From positions 15,194-79,193 of the forward strand of contig CAKZJW010000085.1 of assembly GCA_937120495.1 (NCBI GenBank): 64,000 nucleotides of DNA. The letters are read 5' to 3'. This DNA comes from an uncultured Oligoflexia bacterium. GTDB taxonomy: Bacteria > Bdellovibrionota > Bacteriovoracia > Bacteriovoracales > Bacteriovoracaceae. Under the pieces are notes generated by a model. The model did not search any database, was not told where the DNA came from, and saw only the letters and a program-made list of their open reading frames with translations. Shown here in pieces: positions 19,950 to 28,932 of this stretch; position 1 is the first letter of the stretch; the number at the start of each line of letters is the position of its first letter. Position numbers and translations under genes: made by a program.

Positions 19950-21380
19950 ATGGACGCAAAAAAAATATCAAAAAATAACCGAATAATATTCGACGCCCTT
20001 TATGGCTTCATTCATTTGACTGAACTTGAATGGGAAATCATCCACACTCCTTTTTATCAAAGACTCCGCTGGATTAAACAAATCGGATTCTCTTGCTATA
20101 CTTTTCCTGGAGCTGAACACTCTAGGTATGGCCACTCAATTGGTGTTATGAATAATGCCCACTGTATCTTGGAATCAATAAGAGTTTCAGTGAGTGATGA
20201 GGATCTTTTTAATACAGAATGTAAAAGCGATGAAAAAATTTATCATCAAAGTATAAGGCTTGCAGCTCTTTTGCATGACCTTGGAACTTTTATGTTCTCT
20301 CATACAACAGAGATGGCTTATATTAGATTTGGTGAAACAACAAATGCTAAAGGTTCTAAAGGTCATCCTGATGATCACGAACACCTTGGCTCTTTTATAA
20401 TTAAAAATACAGACTATGAAAATGGGATAACTCATACTCTTAAAAAATATGATATTGACCCTCAAATGATCTCAGATCTTGTAAAGGGAGTTTCTCCAAG
20501 TACTTTGGCCAATCAAATTCTTCACTCTGAAATTGATTGCGATAGAATGGACTACCTTCTCAGAGATGCTCACTATACTGGTTTAAAGTATGGAGCTTAT
20601 GATAGAGATTATCTTCTTCATCACTTTACAATGGTAGAGAGTGGTGGAAGCAGAGTTTTTGCAATTAAACATAATGCTCTTCACTGTGCTGAAGATTTTT
20701 TAAATGCAAGATTCGCTTGGTACTCTCAAGTTGTTCGTTCAGCTAGGGGGGCAAAATACGATGCTTTAGCTGAAGAGTTAACTTTTTATCTACTAGAGAA
20801 GGGGCAGATTTATACGTACTCTAAGTTATTAGATATGGTGAAAAATGATCCAGTGGCATTCTATCAGTTTAATGATCAATACTTTATGACTCTTGTTCAC
20901 CGTTTATTCTCAGAAGGATTTTTTGATAAAGAAATTCGAATGAAAGAAATAGCTGAATGTATTCTATTTGAAAAGTCTCCACGAACGATAAAACTTCCAG
21001 AGTTTAATCAAAGGATTTTATCTCAAGATGATGAGCAGATGGATGCAAAGATTAGAAAAAAAGCTCACGATAAAGTTTCAGAGATTAGAAGTATTCTAAA
21101 AGCGAAAGGGACTCAAAAGGATTGGATCGTTGAGGATATACCTAAAAAAAATATCATCTTCGTAAGATCTAAAAAACAAATAATAAAAAAACAAAATTCA
21201 CCCAATATTATGCTTGAAAGAGATCCAGCAAAGATATTAATGGATAATGGAGACTTGAGCTTACTTGTAGATGTACCTAATTCAATTATCTCAAACCTTC
21301 AAAGCGTGTATAACTTTGTTCCAAATGTTTATTGCAGCCAGTCAGCCTATGAACTCCTTGAAAGAGAGGGAGCCATTTAG
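19950..21380 (+). CDS. HD-domain metal-dependent phosphohydrolase (COG1078 / dNTP-triphosphohydrolase-like)
   Basis: HD motifs are present: HSRYGHSIGV, LLHDLGTFMFSH and DCDRMDYLLRD. I prefer the ATG at 19950, because the ORF-track GTG start lies inside the upstream terminator. Confidence 0.75.
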   Translation: MDAKKISKNNRIIFDALYGFIHLTELEWEIIHTPFYQRLRWIKQIGFSCYTFPGAEHSRYGHSIGVMNNAHCILESIRVSVSDEDLFNTECKSDEKIYHQSIRLAALLHDLGTFMFSHTTEMAYIRFGETTNAKGSKGHPDDHEHLGSFIIKNTDYENGITHTLKKYDIDPQMISDLVKGVSPSTLANQILHSEIDCDRMDYLLRDAHYTGLKYGAYDRDYLLHHFTMVESGGSRVFAIKHNALHCAEDFLNARFAWYSQVVRSARGAKYDALAEELTFYLLEKGQIYTYSKLLDMVKNDPVAFYQFNDQYFMTLVHRLFSEGFFDKEIRMKEIAECILFEKSPRTIKLPEFNQRILSQDDEQMDAKIRKKAHDKVSEIRSILKAKGTQKDWIVEDIPKKNIIFVRSKKQIIKKQNSPNIMLERDPAKILMDNGDLSLLVDVPNSIISNLQSVYNFVPNVYCSQSAYELLEREGAI

Positions 21381-21439
21381 TCAGGAAAGGCTTCTTTTTC
21401 CATAGAGACGAGCAACTCAGATACGAATATAATTTATAG

Positions 21440-22768
21440 ATGTATAAATTCTTAAGTCTTTTATTTCTTATTACTCTTCCAAATATAACTCATGCAAATC
21501 AGTTTCAAAAAGATTGTAATGATGTCGGAAACTATATTCACGATCATGCCAATGAAGTATTTAATGCTTTATACGTTAGCTACAACGGAATTGGATTAAG
21601 AAAAAAAAATATCTATGAAAAAAACTATCAGTCATTCGCATGGAAATATATGGACTATGGCTACGGTATTGACGAGAGGTTTAAAAATTATCAAAAAAAT
21701 TATAGTACAGCTCTAAAAAATCTAGTTAAAAGTGAAGAGTCAGAGAAAAAACGTTTTGATGAAAAGTTAATAAAAACCTCTTTTAGAAATTATAAAAAAG
21801 AAGAATTTGGTTTTTTAGCTTTATTTTCAGGCTACTACTGTAGAAGATTGATAGGAAAAAATGTATCGACCTGTAAGAAGAATTTAAAAAAAATTGTAAA
21901 ACTGATTGATAGGCAACAAATCCGTCCTTATGAAGGAGCTGGGGTTACAAGCTTAACATTACCAAATATTGTAAGATCAACCTTAACTTCTCCTGAAATT
22001 GTGGAAACTTTATATCGAGTTAATAGTGAACTCATTCCAAAGGCAAAAGAGGGAAATTATATTTATAAACGTGGAAATGTAAAAGATTTACTCGTAAGCA
22101 AGGCTAGTTCCGTTATTAAAGATAAAAATAGAGCTGATGATCTAGCTTGGGATATACTCGCAACATACTCAACTCGAGGAGCTTCTCTTGAAGGGTATTC
22201 AATAAATTTGGTTAGTGAGAAAACGGCTTTTTCTTTTTCTCAGATTTATGAATTTTCAAATTTAATGCATGCTTTTGATTCTACAAAAATAACAGGTGAA
22301 AACTTGTTTTCACTTCCTTTATTTAAAAAAAATTCTTGCGTCTTTGGTAAAGCATATCATTTTTGGATGATGGCATACCTTAGTAGATACTTACACAAGC
22401 AAGGAGTTTCAAAGCTAGATGCATTCTACGCTAGTGCAGCAATGGGAGTGATGTATGACTTTTACGGTAGTGGATCATCCCAAAGAGCGAATACTAAAAT
22501 ATATGAAAAAAGCTTAAAAAGTATTTATACAAAATCTATTCACCACTCTTTATTATTTAAAATACTAGGAGCTTTCTATGGAGTTGCAGCAGGGCAACTT
22601 GAAAGTGTTGATGTAGATTCTCTTTACTCACTAATCAATAATGAGATTTCTGATAAAAAAAGAAAAGTGTATAAGGGCCAACTTACATTTATGTATAATC
22701 TTCCACACTTTTTACAGAGAACAGCCGTAGATAAAGTTATTCAGCGACTCTCTAAGCATATTCCCTGA
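21440..22768 (+). CDS. Exported hypothetical protein (442 aa)
   Basis: It has the signal peptide MYKFLSLLFLITLPNITHA. No recognised family. Confidence 0.5.
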   Translation: MYKFLSLLFLITLPNITHANQFQKDCNDVGNYIHDHANEVFNALYVSYNGIGLRKKNIYEKNYQSFAWKYMDYGYGIDERFKNYQKNYSTALKNLVKSEESEKKRFDEKLIKTSFRNYKKEEFGFLALFSGYYCRRLIGKNVSTCKKNLKKIVKLIDRQQIRPYEGAGVTSLTLPNIVRSTLTSPEIVETLYRVNSELIPKAKEGNYIYKRGNVKDLLVSKASSVIKDKNRADDLAWDILATYSTRGASLEGYSINLVSEKTAFSFSQIYEFSNLMHAFDSTKITGENLFSLPLFKKNSCVFGKAYHFWMMAYLSRYLHKQGVSKLDAFYASAAMGVMYDFYGSGSSQRANTKIYEKSLKSIYTKSIHHSLLFKILGAFYGVAAGQLESVDVDSLYSLINNEISDKKRKVYKGQLTFMYNLPHFLQRTAVDKVIQRLSKHIP

Positions 22769-22815
22769 CTAAAAGCAACAGGTACTATCACTTCCATTAT
22801 ATAGAGTACTTTACT

Positions 22816-22844
22816 TTGGACGCCAAAAAGCGTTAAAATATAAT
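22816..22844 (+). promoter_or_regulatory. Candidate sigma-70 promoter (TTGGAC-N17-TATAAT) for ftsE
   Basis: Hexamers at 22816-22821 and 22839-22844, about 50 nt upstream of the ftsE ATG. Confidence 0.35.
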
Positions 22845-22896
22845 AGCAGATGGATCTGCCGGTTATTTTTAACTGAAATGGACTTCGGAAGGTCAA

Positions 22897-23595
22897 ATGA
22901 TAGAAAAAACATTACTCAAACGTAGTAATTCTAGCCAGTTAAAGGCTCCATACGTATTTCATATTGATTCAGTGTCAATTAGCTTTGGCAAAATAAGAGC
23001 ATTGAAAAATGTTAATCTCACTGTGAACCCAGGAGAAATACTTTTTATCACTGGAAAGTCGGGGGCAGGAAAATCTACTCTGCTAAACCTTTTAGCTGAA
23101 GACATTAAACCTAAAGAGGGAAAGTGCATAAGGTCTCGTTCTAAGGACCTATTTGTTGCTCAAGTTTTTCAAGATTTAAAGCTTATGGAAAATAAATCTT
23201 GCGAAGAAAACCTTTGGGTTAGTTATGATCCTAAAATCTATAAAAACAAAAATGAATTTCATCATGATATGGCTGAATTAGTTAGAGTATTAAACTTTAG
23301 CGATAATTTAAAAACTAAGATCAAAGATGCTAATGGCGGTTTAAAGCAAAAAGTAGCAATGGTAAGAGCTTTGTTAGCAAAGCCACAAGTACTTCTTGCA
23401 GATGAACCAACAGCAGCTCTAGATAAGGAGAGTGCTATAAAATTATTTGAAGTTTTAAACTTTTACAATGTTCGTAAAAACCTAACAATTATCTGGGCCT
23501 CACATAATAGAGACCTAGTTAAACAGTTTCCTGGAAAAATCGTTCACTTGGATGCTGGAAATTTAGTTTATTCGGGGCATGCATGTTTTATTTAA
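22897..23595 (+). CDS. ftsE: Cell-division ABC ATPase FtsE
   Basis: It has Walker A GKSGAGKST and Walker B LLADEPTAALD. An FtsX-like permease gene and an EnvC-like gene follow. Confidence 0.8.
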   Translation: MIEKTLLKRSNSSQLKAPYVFHIDSVSISFGKIRALKNVNLTVNPGEILFITGKSGAGKSTLLNLLAEDIKPKEGKCIRSRSKDLFVAQVFQDLKLMENKSCEENLWVSYDPKIYKNKNEFHHDMAELVRVLNFSDNLKTKIKDANGGLKQKVAMVRALLAKPQVLLADEPTAALDKESAIKLFEVLNFYNVRKNLTIIWASHNRDLVKQFPGKIVHLDAGNLVYSGHACFI

Positions 23596-24380
23596 ATCAT
23601 TTCTTCAAAGCACTTTCAAATTTTAAAGTTAGTGGAATACTCTTTGTTGTTTTCACAATTGCTCTTGTTTCAGTTACTCACAATAGAAAAAAAGTAAAAA
23701 AGTTTTTCTCTGTGAATAATAAATCAATCGCAAGGCCATATTTTAATGCTCTTATTTCAAATGATTCTAATCTTTCAGGAATTGCAAGAAAGATGAGAAA
23801 GCTTCCGGGTGTTAAGGCCGTAAGAGTTAAAAAAGCACTTGAGGTAACAAAGGAGCTTGGGACATTACAAGCAGAGTTAAAAAGTGATGTTCTAGAAAGT
23901 CTTGCTGGAATTAATTATTCTAGTGTGACAATTGAATTATCTAATGCAATTCAGTCTCGATCTCAAAGCCTAGTTAGAGAGTACTTAACTCGATTAGTTG
24001 GAAGTGAATCAGTAACAATTTCAAAAATAAAAAAACCAAAGACAATTAAGCAATCGAAGAATTCTCCAAGCATGCTTCTTCACAGGTGGGGAGATAAGTA
24101 TATTATTTTAGTCTTATCTTTCTTGTGGCTTGCAAGTTGTATTAGTTTTGCTAAATACTTAAAAAATTATTCATTCTTAATTGAAAAATTTCAAAGAAAG
24201 AGAAAAGTTGATACGAAAATATTTGCTTTTGGTTTAAGCTTTTTAAGTTTAAGTGCCTATGGGATAAATCTATATATTTATCCAAAAGTGGGGATGTACG
24301 AAATATTCTACGTTCTTGCAGTATTTGCGGTCTCATTTTTTATATTTTCTTCAAAGGTTGAATTCAAAAAACTTATTTAA
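23583..24380 (+). CDS. ftsX: FtsX-like cell-division permease (divergent)
   Basis: It has an N-terminal TM helix, a periplasmic loop, then three C-terminal TM helices. It overlaps ftsE by 13 nt. The call rests on position and topology, not sequence motifs. Confidence 0.6.
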   Translation: MFYLNHFFKALSNFKVSGILFVVFTIALVSVTHNRKKVKKFFSVNNKSIARPYFNALISNDSNLSGIARKMRKLPGVKAVRVKKALEVTKELGTLQAELKSDVLESLAGINYSSVTIELSNAIQSRSQSLVREYLTRLVGSESVTISKIKKPKTIKQSKNSPSMLLHRWGDKYIILVLSFLWLASCISFAKYLKNYSFLIEKFQRKRKVDTKIFAFGLSFLSLSAYGINLYIYPKVGMYEIFYVLAVFAVSFFIFSSKVEFKKLI

Positions 24381-25384
24381 TGAAAAAAATTCTTTTCTTA
24401 ACATTTACGATCTTAAGTCTTTCTCTTAATGCTAAGAGTGCAAATATTAGTAAGCTAAAAGATAAAATTTCTAGACAGTCAGCTGAGGTATCAAAGATTG
24501 GTGCTCAGATTAAAAGTCTTGAAAAGAAGCTTGGAAAGACCAATGAAACCTATATGGATAAAACGAGATTATTAAAAAGCTTAGATCAAAAAATTGTTCA
24601 GCTTCGAAATGATCTTTCTGCTTCGGCTTTAGATATCTCAACATCTTTTAAGTCTAGTAAGAAGATTCTTAATCATTACCTGCTTAATACTGTTGACGAG
24701 TATAACTCTGATGAACTTTTAAAAAGAAAGATCTATTTAAAAATACTTCAATCAAAGCTTTCGAAACTAAAACAGTCTCAATCAAAGTCTCAAGAACTTC
24801 TTGTTGCAATTAATGAGTACGAAGAAAAATTAAAGAATGTACGAGTAAATGAAGAGACTCTGTATCAGTTAATTGTTGATTTAGAGAATAAAAAGAAAAA
24901 TCTAGGGCAGTCATATATAACAAAGTTAGATAACAAAAATGGATTAGAAGAAAAGCTAGAGTTAGCTGTTGCAAGAATACGAGTGAAGAAAAAAACAATT
25001 AAAAAAGTCTCTCGCTCTAATGTGAAAATAAAGATGAAGTTCTCTAACCCGATCTCGAGTTATATTAGTCGAAAGGGATCATCGAAAGGTGTTACTTATA
25101 AATATAATAAGGTTACACCGATTAAGAGCTCTAAGAGTGGTCAAATCGTTTACTCTGGTGAACTAGCAAGCTATGGGAAAGTTATAATGATTGATCATGG
25201 AAAAGATGTGAGATCAGTTATTCTTGGTGATATTAATATAAAAGTAAAGAAGGGTGATCTTATAGATAAGTCAGGAGTTATTGGTTATGCCAATGTTGAT
25301 CCTGGTTTAACAAAATCACTGTACTATGAGATTAGAAAGAAAAATAAAGCTCAAAATACATTAAAATTATTAAAGAAAATATAA
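24380..25384 (+). CDS. EnvC-like murein hydrolase activator (coiled coil plus degenerate LytM/M23 domain)
   Basis: It has a signal peptide and a long coiled coil. The C-terminal M23-like fold (GKVIMIDHGKDVRSV...GDLIDKSGVIGY) lacks the HxxxD and HxH metal ligands. Confidence 0.7.
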   Translation: MKKILFLTFTILSLSLNAKSANISKLKDKISRQSAEVSKIGAQIKSLEKKLGKTNETYMDKTRLLKSLDQKIVQLRNDLSASALDISTSFKSSKKILNHYLLNTVDEYNSDELLKRKIYLKILQSKLSKLKQSQSKSQELLVAINEYEEKLKNVRVNEETLYQLIVDLENKKKNLGQSYITKLDNKNGLEEKLELAVARIRVKKKTIKKVSRSNVKIKMKFSNPISSYISRKGSSKGVTYKYNKVTPIKSSKSGQIVYSGELASYGKVIMIDHGKDVRSVILGDINIKVKKGDLIDKSGVIGYANVDPGLTKSLYYEIRKKNKAQNTLKLLKKI

Positions 25385-25394
25385 AAGGATAAAT

Positions 25395-26762
25395 ATGAAA
25401 ACGCTTGCTTCAATAATTGTTTTAACAATTATGTTTAGCGCTGTTGCTACAGCTAAAGATTCAAAAAAGAAATCACGTTTTGAAGAATTAGAGCTTTTTA
25501 ACAAGGTTCTTTATTTAATTGAAAATCAATATTATAGAAAAGTCGATACAAACAAGCTTATTGAAGGTGCTCTTAAGGGGATGATGGATACACTTGATCC
25601 ACACTCAGCATTTTTAAATAAGGAATTCTTTAAAAAAATGCAAAACGATACTGACGGAGAATTCGGGGGACTTGGAATCGAAGTTACTCAGAAAGATGGA
25701 GTTGTATATGTTGTAACGCCTATTGATGATACGCCGGCATATGAAGCTGGAATTAAATCAAAAGATAAAATTGTTGAGATAAATCATGAATCAATTTTAG
25801 GAATGACTTTGGACGAGGCAACTGACCGGATGAAAGGTGAGACCGGGACTAAAATCCACTTGGGTATTGTCAGAGAAGGTGTGAAAGGAATTAAGAGCTT
25901 TACTCTAACTAGAAAGAAGATTCAGGTAAAGCCAGTTAAGTCAGAGCTAGTAATGGACAACTACGCATGGGTTCGTTTAACTCAGTTCCAAAGAAAATCT
26001 GCTGATTATATAATTCAAGCTTTAAAAAAGCTAAAAAAGAAAGCTAAGAAAAAAGGGGGAGTTAAAGGAATAGTTTTAGACCTAAGATCAAACCCTGGTG
26101 GCCTACTAGATCAGGCTGTAGATATCTCTTCTATCTTTTTAAAAGATGGAGTTGTTGTGTCTACTGAGTCAAGAGATCCAAATAATAAAGAAATTCGTTA
26201 CGTAAAAAAGACAGGATATAAAGACTTATCGACACCAATTATCGTTCTAGTTAATGGTTCTAGTGCTTCTGCTAGTGAGATTGTTTCTGGTGCGTTACAG
26301 GATCATAAAAGAGCTCTTATTATGGGAAGTCAAACCTTTGGTAAAGGTTCGGTTCAAACAGTAGCTAAGATAGATAGTGAAAATGGCGTGAAGTTAACAA
26401 TTGCTCAATATATGACACCGTCTAATAAGAAGATTCAAGCGATTGGAATTATCCCTGATATCAAAATGGACTCAGTGGAAGCAAATTGGTTGGCTGAGCA
26501 TAAGAAAGAGTCTGGCTTTATTAGAGAGAAAGACCTTCGAAATCATCTAACAGCGACAATCGAAACTAAAGATGAAAAAGCGCGAAGGTTAAAAGAGAAA
26601 AAAGAGGCTCGTAAAAAAAGAATCGCAAAAATGAAAAATAAAAAAGAAAAAAAAGAAGATCTTTTTAAAAAATATAATCCAAAAGAAGACTACCAAGTAC
26701 TTCAAGCGATAAACTACTTAAAATCTTTTTCTATTTATAAAAATGTTAAAACGATAAAATGA
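25395..26762 (+). CDS. ctpA: Carboxy-terminal processing protease (S41A) with PDZ domain and Lys-rich C-terminal extension
   Basis: It has a signal peptide and the PDZ motif GGLGIEV. S41 motifs are present: LDLRSNPGGLL, GSSASASEIVSGALQD and FGKGSVQT. Confidence 0.88.
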   Translation: MKTLASIIVLTIMFSAVATAKDSKKKSRFEELELFNKVLYLIENQYYRKVDTNKLIEGALKGMMDTLDPHSAFLNKEFFKKMQNDTDGEFGGLGIEVTQKDGVVYVVTPIDDTPAYEAGIKSKDKIVEINHESILGMTLDEATDRMKGETGTKIHLGIVREGVKGIKSFTLTRKKIQVKPVKSELVMDNYAWVRLTQFQRKSADYIIQALKKLKKKAKKKGGVKGIVLDLRSNPGGLLDQAVDISSIFLKDGVVVSTESRDPNNKEIRYVKKTGYKDLSTPIIVLVNGSSASASEIVSGALQDHKRALIMGSQTFGKGSVQTVAKIDSENGVKLTIAQYMTPSNKKIQAIGIIPDIKMDSVEANWLAEHKKESGFIREKDLRNHLTATIETKDEKARRLKEKKEARKKRIAKMKNKKEKKEDLFKKYNPKEDYQVLQAINYLKSFSIYKNVKTIK

Positions 26763-28024
26763 GTATTAAGGCCCAGTCGGTTAGTGACCTTGTTGGAAGC
26801 ATAAAGAAAAGTTTAGAAACAAGCTTTATGGGAGTCACTGTAACTGGTGAGATCTCAAATTTAAGTCACTCGAGTGCAGGTCATTGGTATTTTACTCTCT
26901 CTGATAATTCAAGCTCCATATCAATTGCTTTATTTAAGATGGACGCTTATAGAAATCCTTTCATAAAACAAACTAAAAATGGAGATCAAGTTGTTATCAG
27001 TGGACCAATAAGTGTTTATCAAAAAAAAGGTACATTTCAATTATTAGCAAAAAAAATACTTCCAGCGGGAGTAGGAAACTTAGCTCTTGAGTTTGAAAAA
27101 TTAAAAAAGAAATTAACAATCGAAGGGCTATTTGATTTAAGTATTAAAAGAGAAATACCTCGCTTTCCAGATCGAATTGGAGTCATAACTGCTTTATCAG
27201 GAGCAGCATTACAAGACTTTTTAAATGTATTAAAAAGAAGATCTTTCTGGGGAGAGGTAATAGTTATCCCAGCTATTGTTCAAGGTGACAATAGTGCGCG
27301 CTCGCTTCGAGATGCACTCTCTAAGGCTCTTCAGATTGAACTGCTTGATTGTATTATTTTTACGAGAGGAGGAGGAGCAATAGAGGATCTATGGTCTTTT
27401 AATAATGAGGATTTAGTTCGAGATATATTTGATTGTCCTATACCTGTTGTTTCAGCAGTAGGTCATCAAGTTGATTATACTTTGTGTGACTTTGTTGCAG
27501 ATAAAAGAGTTGAAACTCCAACAGCAGCAGCGCAAATGTTGTCTGAGCCTCATATGGCCCTTTCTCAGAAATTGGAGTTTATCGGCCACAAATTAAAATC
27601 TCTTTTGTACATAAAACACTCTGAAATAGATAAAAAATTAAAACGATTAAGCCCTTTGAATGTGATTCATATAATTAAAGAGGACTTACATCGCAAGAAA
27701 GACCAACTGAGTCGTCTTGAGTTAAGTTCAAGAAAGTATGAATTAATCCAATTCTATGAAAAAGAGCAATATTTAGATGATTTGCTCGTAAGAATGAATG
27801 GCGCTGTGGATAAAAAACAACAAGGTTTGTCTGTGAGAATGAGCCTTCTTGAAGGGAAACTCTCTGGTTTAGACCCCTCAAAAGTCTTATCCCGAGGATT
27901 TACGATGATTCATGATGGTGAAAAGAATATTATTACAAATCTAGAAAAATTTAATAAAATAAAAGCTCAAACTCCGCTGAATATACACTTTTATGATGGT
28001 CAGGGAGTCGTTGAAAAAAAGTAA
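26759..28024 (+). CDS. xseA: Exodeoxyribonuclease VII large subunit
   Basis: The OB-fold N-terminus has GEISNLSHSSAGHWYFTLSD. It also has IGVITALSGAALQDF, GGGAIEDLWSFN and PVVSAVGHQVDYTL. Confidence 0.9.
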   Translation: MSIKAQSVSDLVGSIKKSLETSFMGVTVTGEISNLSHSSAGHWYFTLSDNSSSISIALFKMDAYRNPFIKQTKNGDQVVISGPISVYQKKGTFQLLAKKILPAGVGNLALEFEKLKKKLTIEGLFDLSIKREIPRFPDRIGVITALSGAALQDFLNVLKRRSFWGEVIVIPAIVQGDNSARSLRDALSKALQIELLDCIIFTRGGGAIEDLWSFNNEDLVRDIFDCPIPVVSAVGHQVDYTLCDFVADKRVETPTAAAQMLSEPHMALSQKLEFIGHKLKSLLYIKHSEIDKKLKRLSPLNVIHIIKEDLHRKKDQLSRLELSSRKYELIQFYEKEQYLDDLLVRMNGAVDKKQQGLSVRMSLLEGKLSGLDPSKVLSRGFTMIHDGEKNIITNLEKFNKIKAQTPLNIHFYDGQGVVEKK

Positions 28025-28035
28025 TAGGGGGAAAC

Positions 28036-28932
28036 GTGCTTAAGATTTTATCTATATTAATATTCTCAATATCTTGTTCTGGCATTCAGCCGATTTCAAG
28101 TCAAAATAAATCAGAAATAAAAAAGAAAACAATTGTTATTCCCGAGCCACTAATAAAATCGGAGCAAAAAGTTGTTCTACAACCGGGAAAAGTTAAATTT
28201 GTTAAATTTGATATTAATCTCGCTGATGGGATGCACTCTTTAATTTGTAATAATAAATCTATTCCCTTCTTTGTTGAAAAAAAACAAGCTCATGTTTTTA
28301 TGGCCGAGTCGTATTTTTCTAAATTAAAACCGTATAAATGTCAGTTTCAAAATACGAATGTTTTAGATGTTACGGTAAAACGATTTCCTTACAAAAGTGA
28401 GAAGTTAAATGTTGATAAGAAGAGAGTTTCTCTTTCCAAAAAAGATTTAGCTCGAGCAATTAAGGAAAAACAAATAGTAAAAAAAGTTTATTTGAATTCA
28501 GCATCATACTTTCTTTTTAATCAAAAGTTTAGAAAACCCCTGACTAGTTATATAACTTCATATTATGGAAATAAGAGACTTTTTAATAATAAAAAACGAT
28601 CTCAACACCTAGGCAATGATCTTAGAGCAGCTGTTGGTGTACCAATACCTGTATCGAATAAGGGGAAAGTTGTATTTGTTGGAGATCTATTCTTTTCTGG
28701 AAATGTTGTTATTGTTGATCACGGATTAAATATCTATACAATGTATGGACATCTATCAAAAATAAAAGTTACTGAAGGAATGATTATTAACCAAAGGGAT
28801 ATAATTGGCCTTGCTGGGGCTACAGGTAGAGTTAGTGGTCCACACCTTCACTGGGGAGTTAAGATCAACGGACATTGGGTAGATGGTTTCTCGTTAGTTG
28901 AAGAATCAGAGAAAATGTTTCATGAAAAATAA
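28036..28932 (+). CDS. M23 family metallopeptidase lipoprotein (catalytically intact LytM domain)
   Basis: It has a GTG start after GGGGGA and the lipobox FSISC. The metal ligands are present: HLGND (HxxxD) and GPHLHWGV (HxH). Confidence 0.85.
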   Translation: MLKILSILIFSISCSGIQPISSQNKSEIKKKTIVIPEPLIKSEQKVVLQPGKVKFVKFDINLADGMHSLICNNKSIPFFVEKKQAHVFMAESYFSKLKPYKCQFQNTNVLDVTVKRFPYKSEKLNVDKKRVSLSKKDLARAIKEKQIVKKVYLNSASYFLFNQKFRKPLTSYITSYYGNKRLFNNKKRSQHLGNDLRAAVGVPIPVSNKGKVVFVGDLFFSGNVVIVDHGLNIYTMYGHLSKIKVTEGMIINQRDIIGLAGATGRVSGPHLHWGVKINGHWVDGFSLVEESEKMFHEK

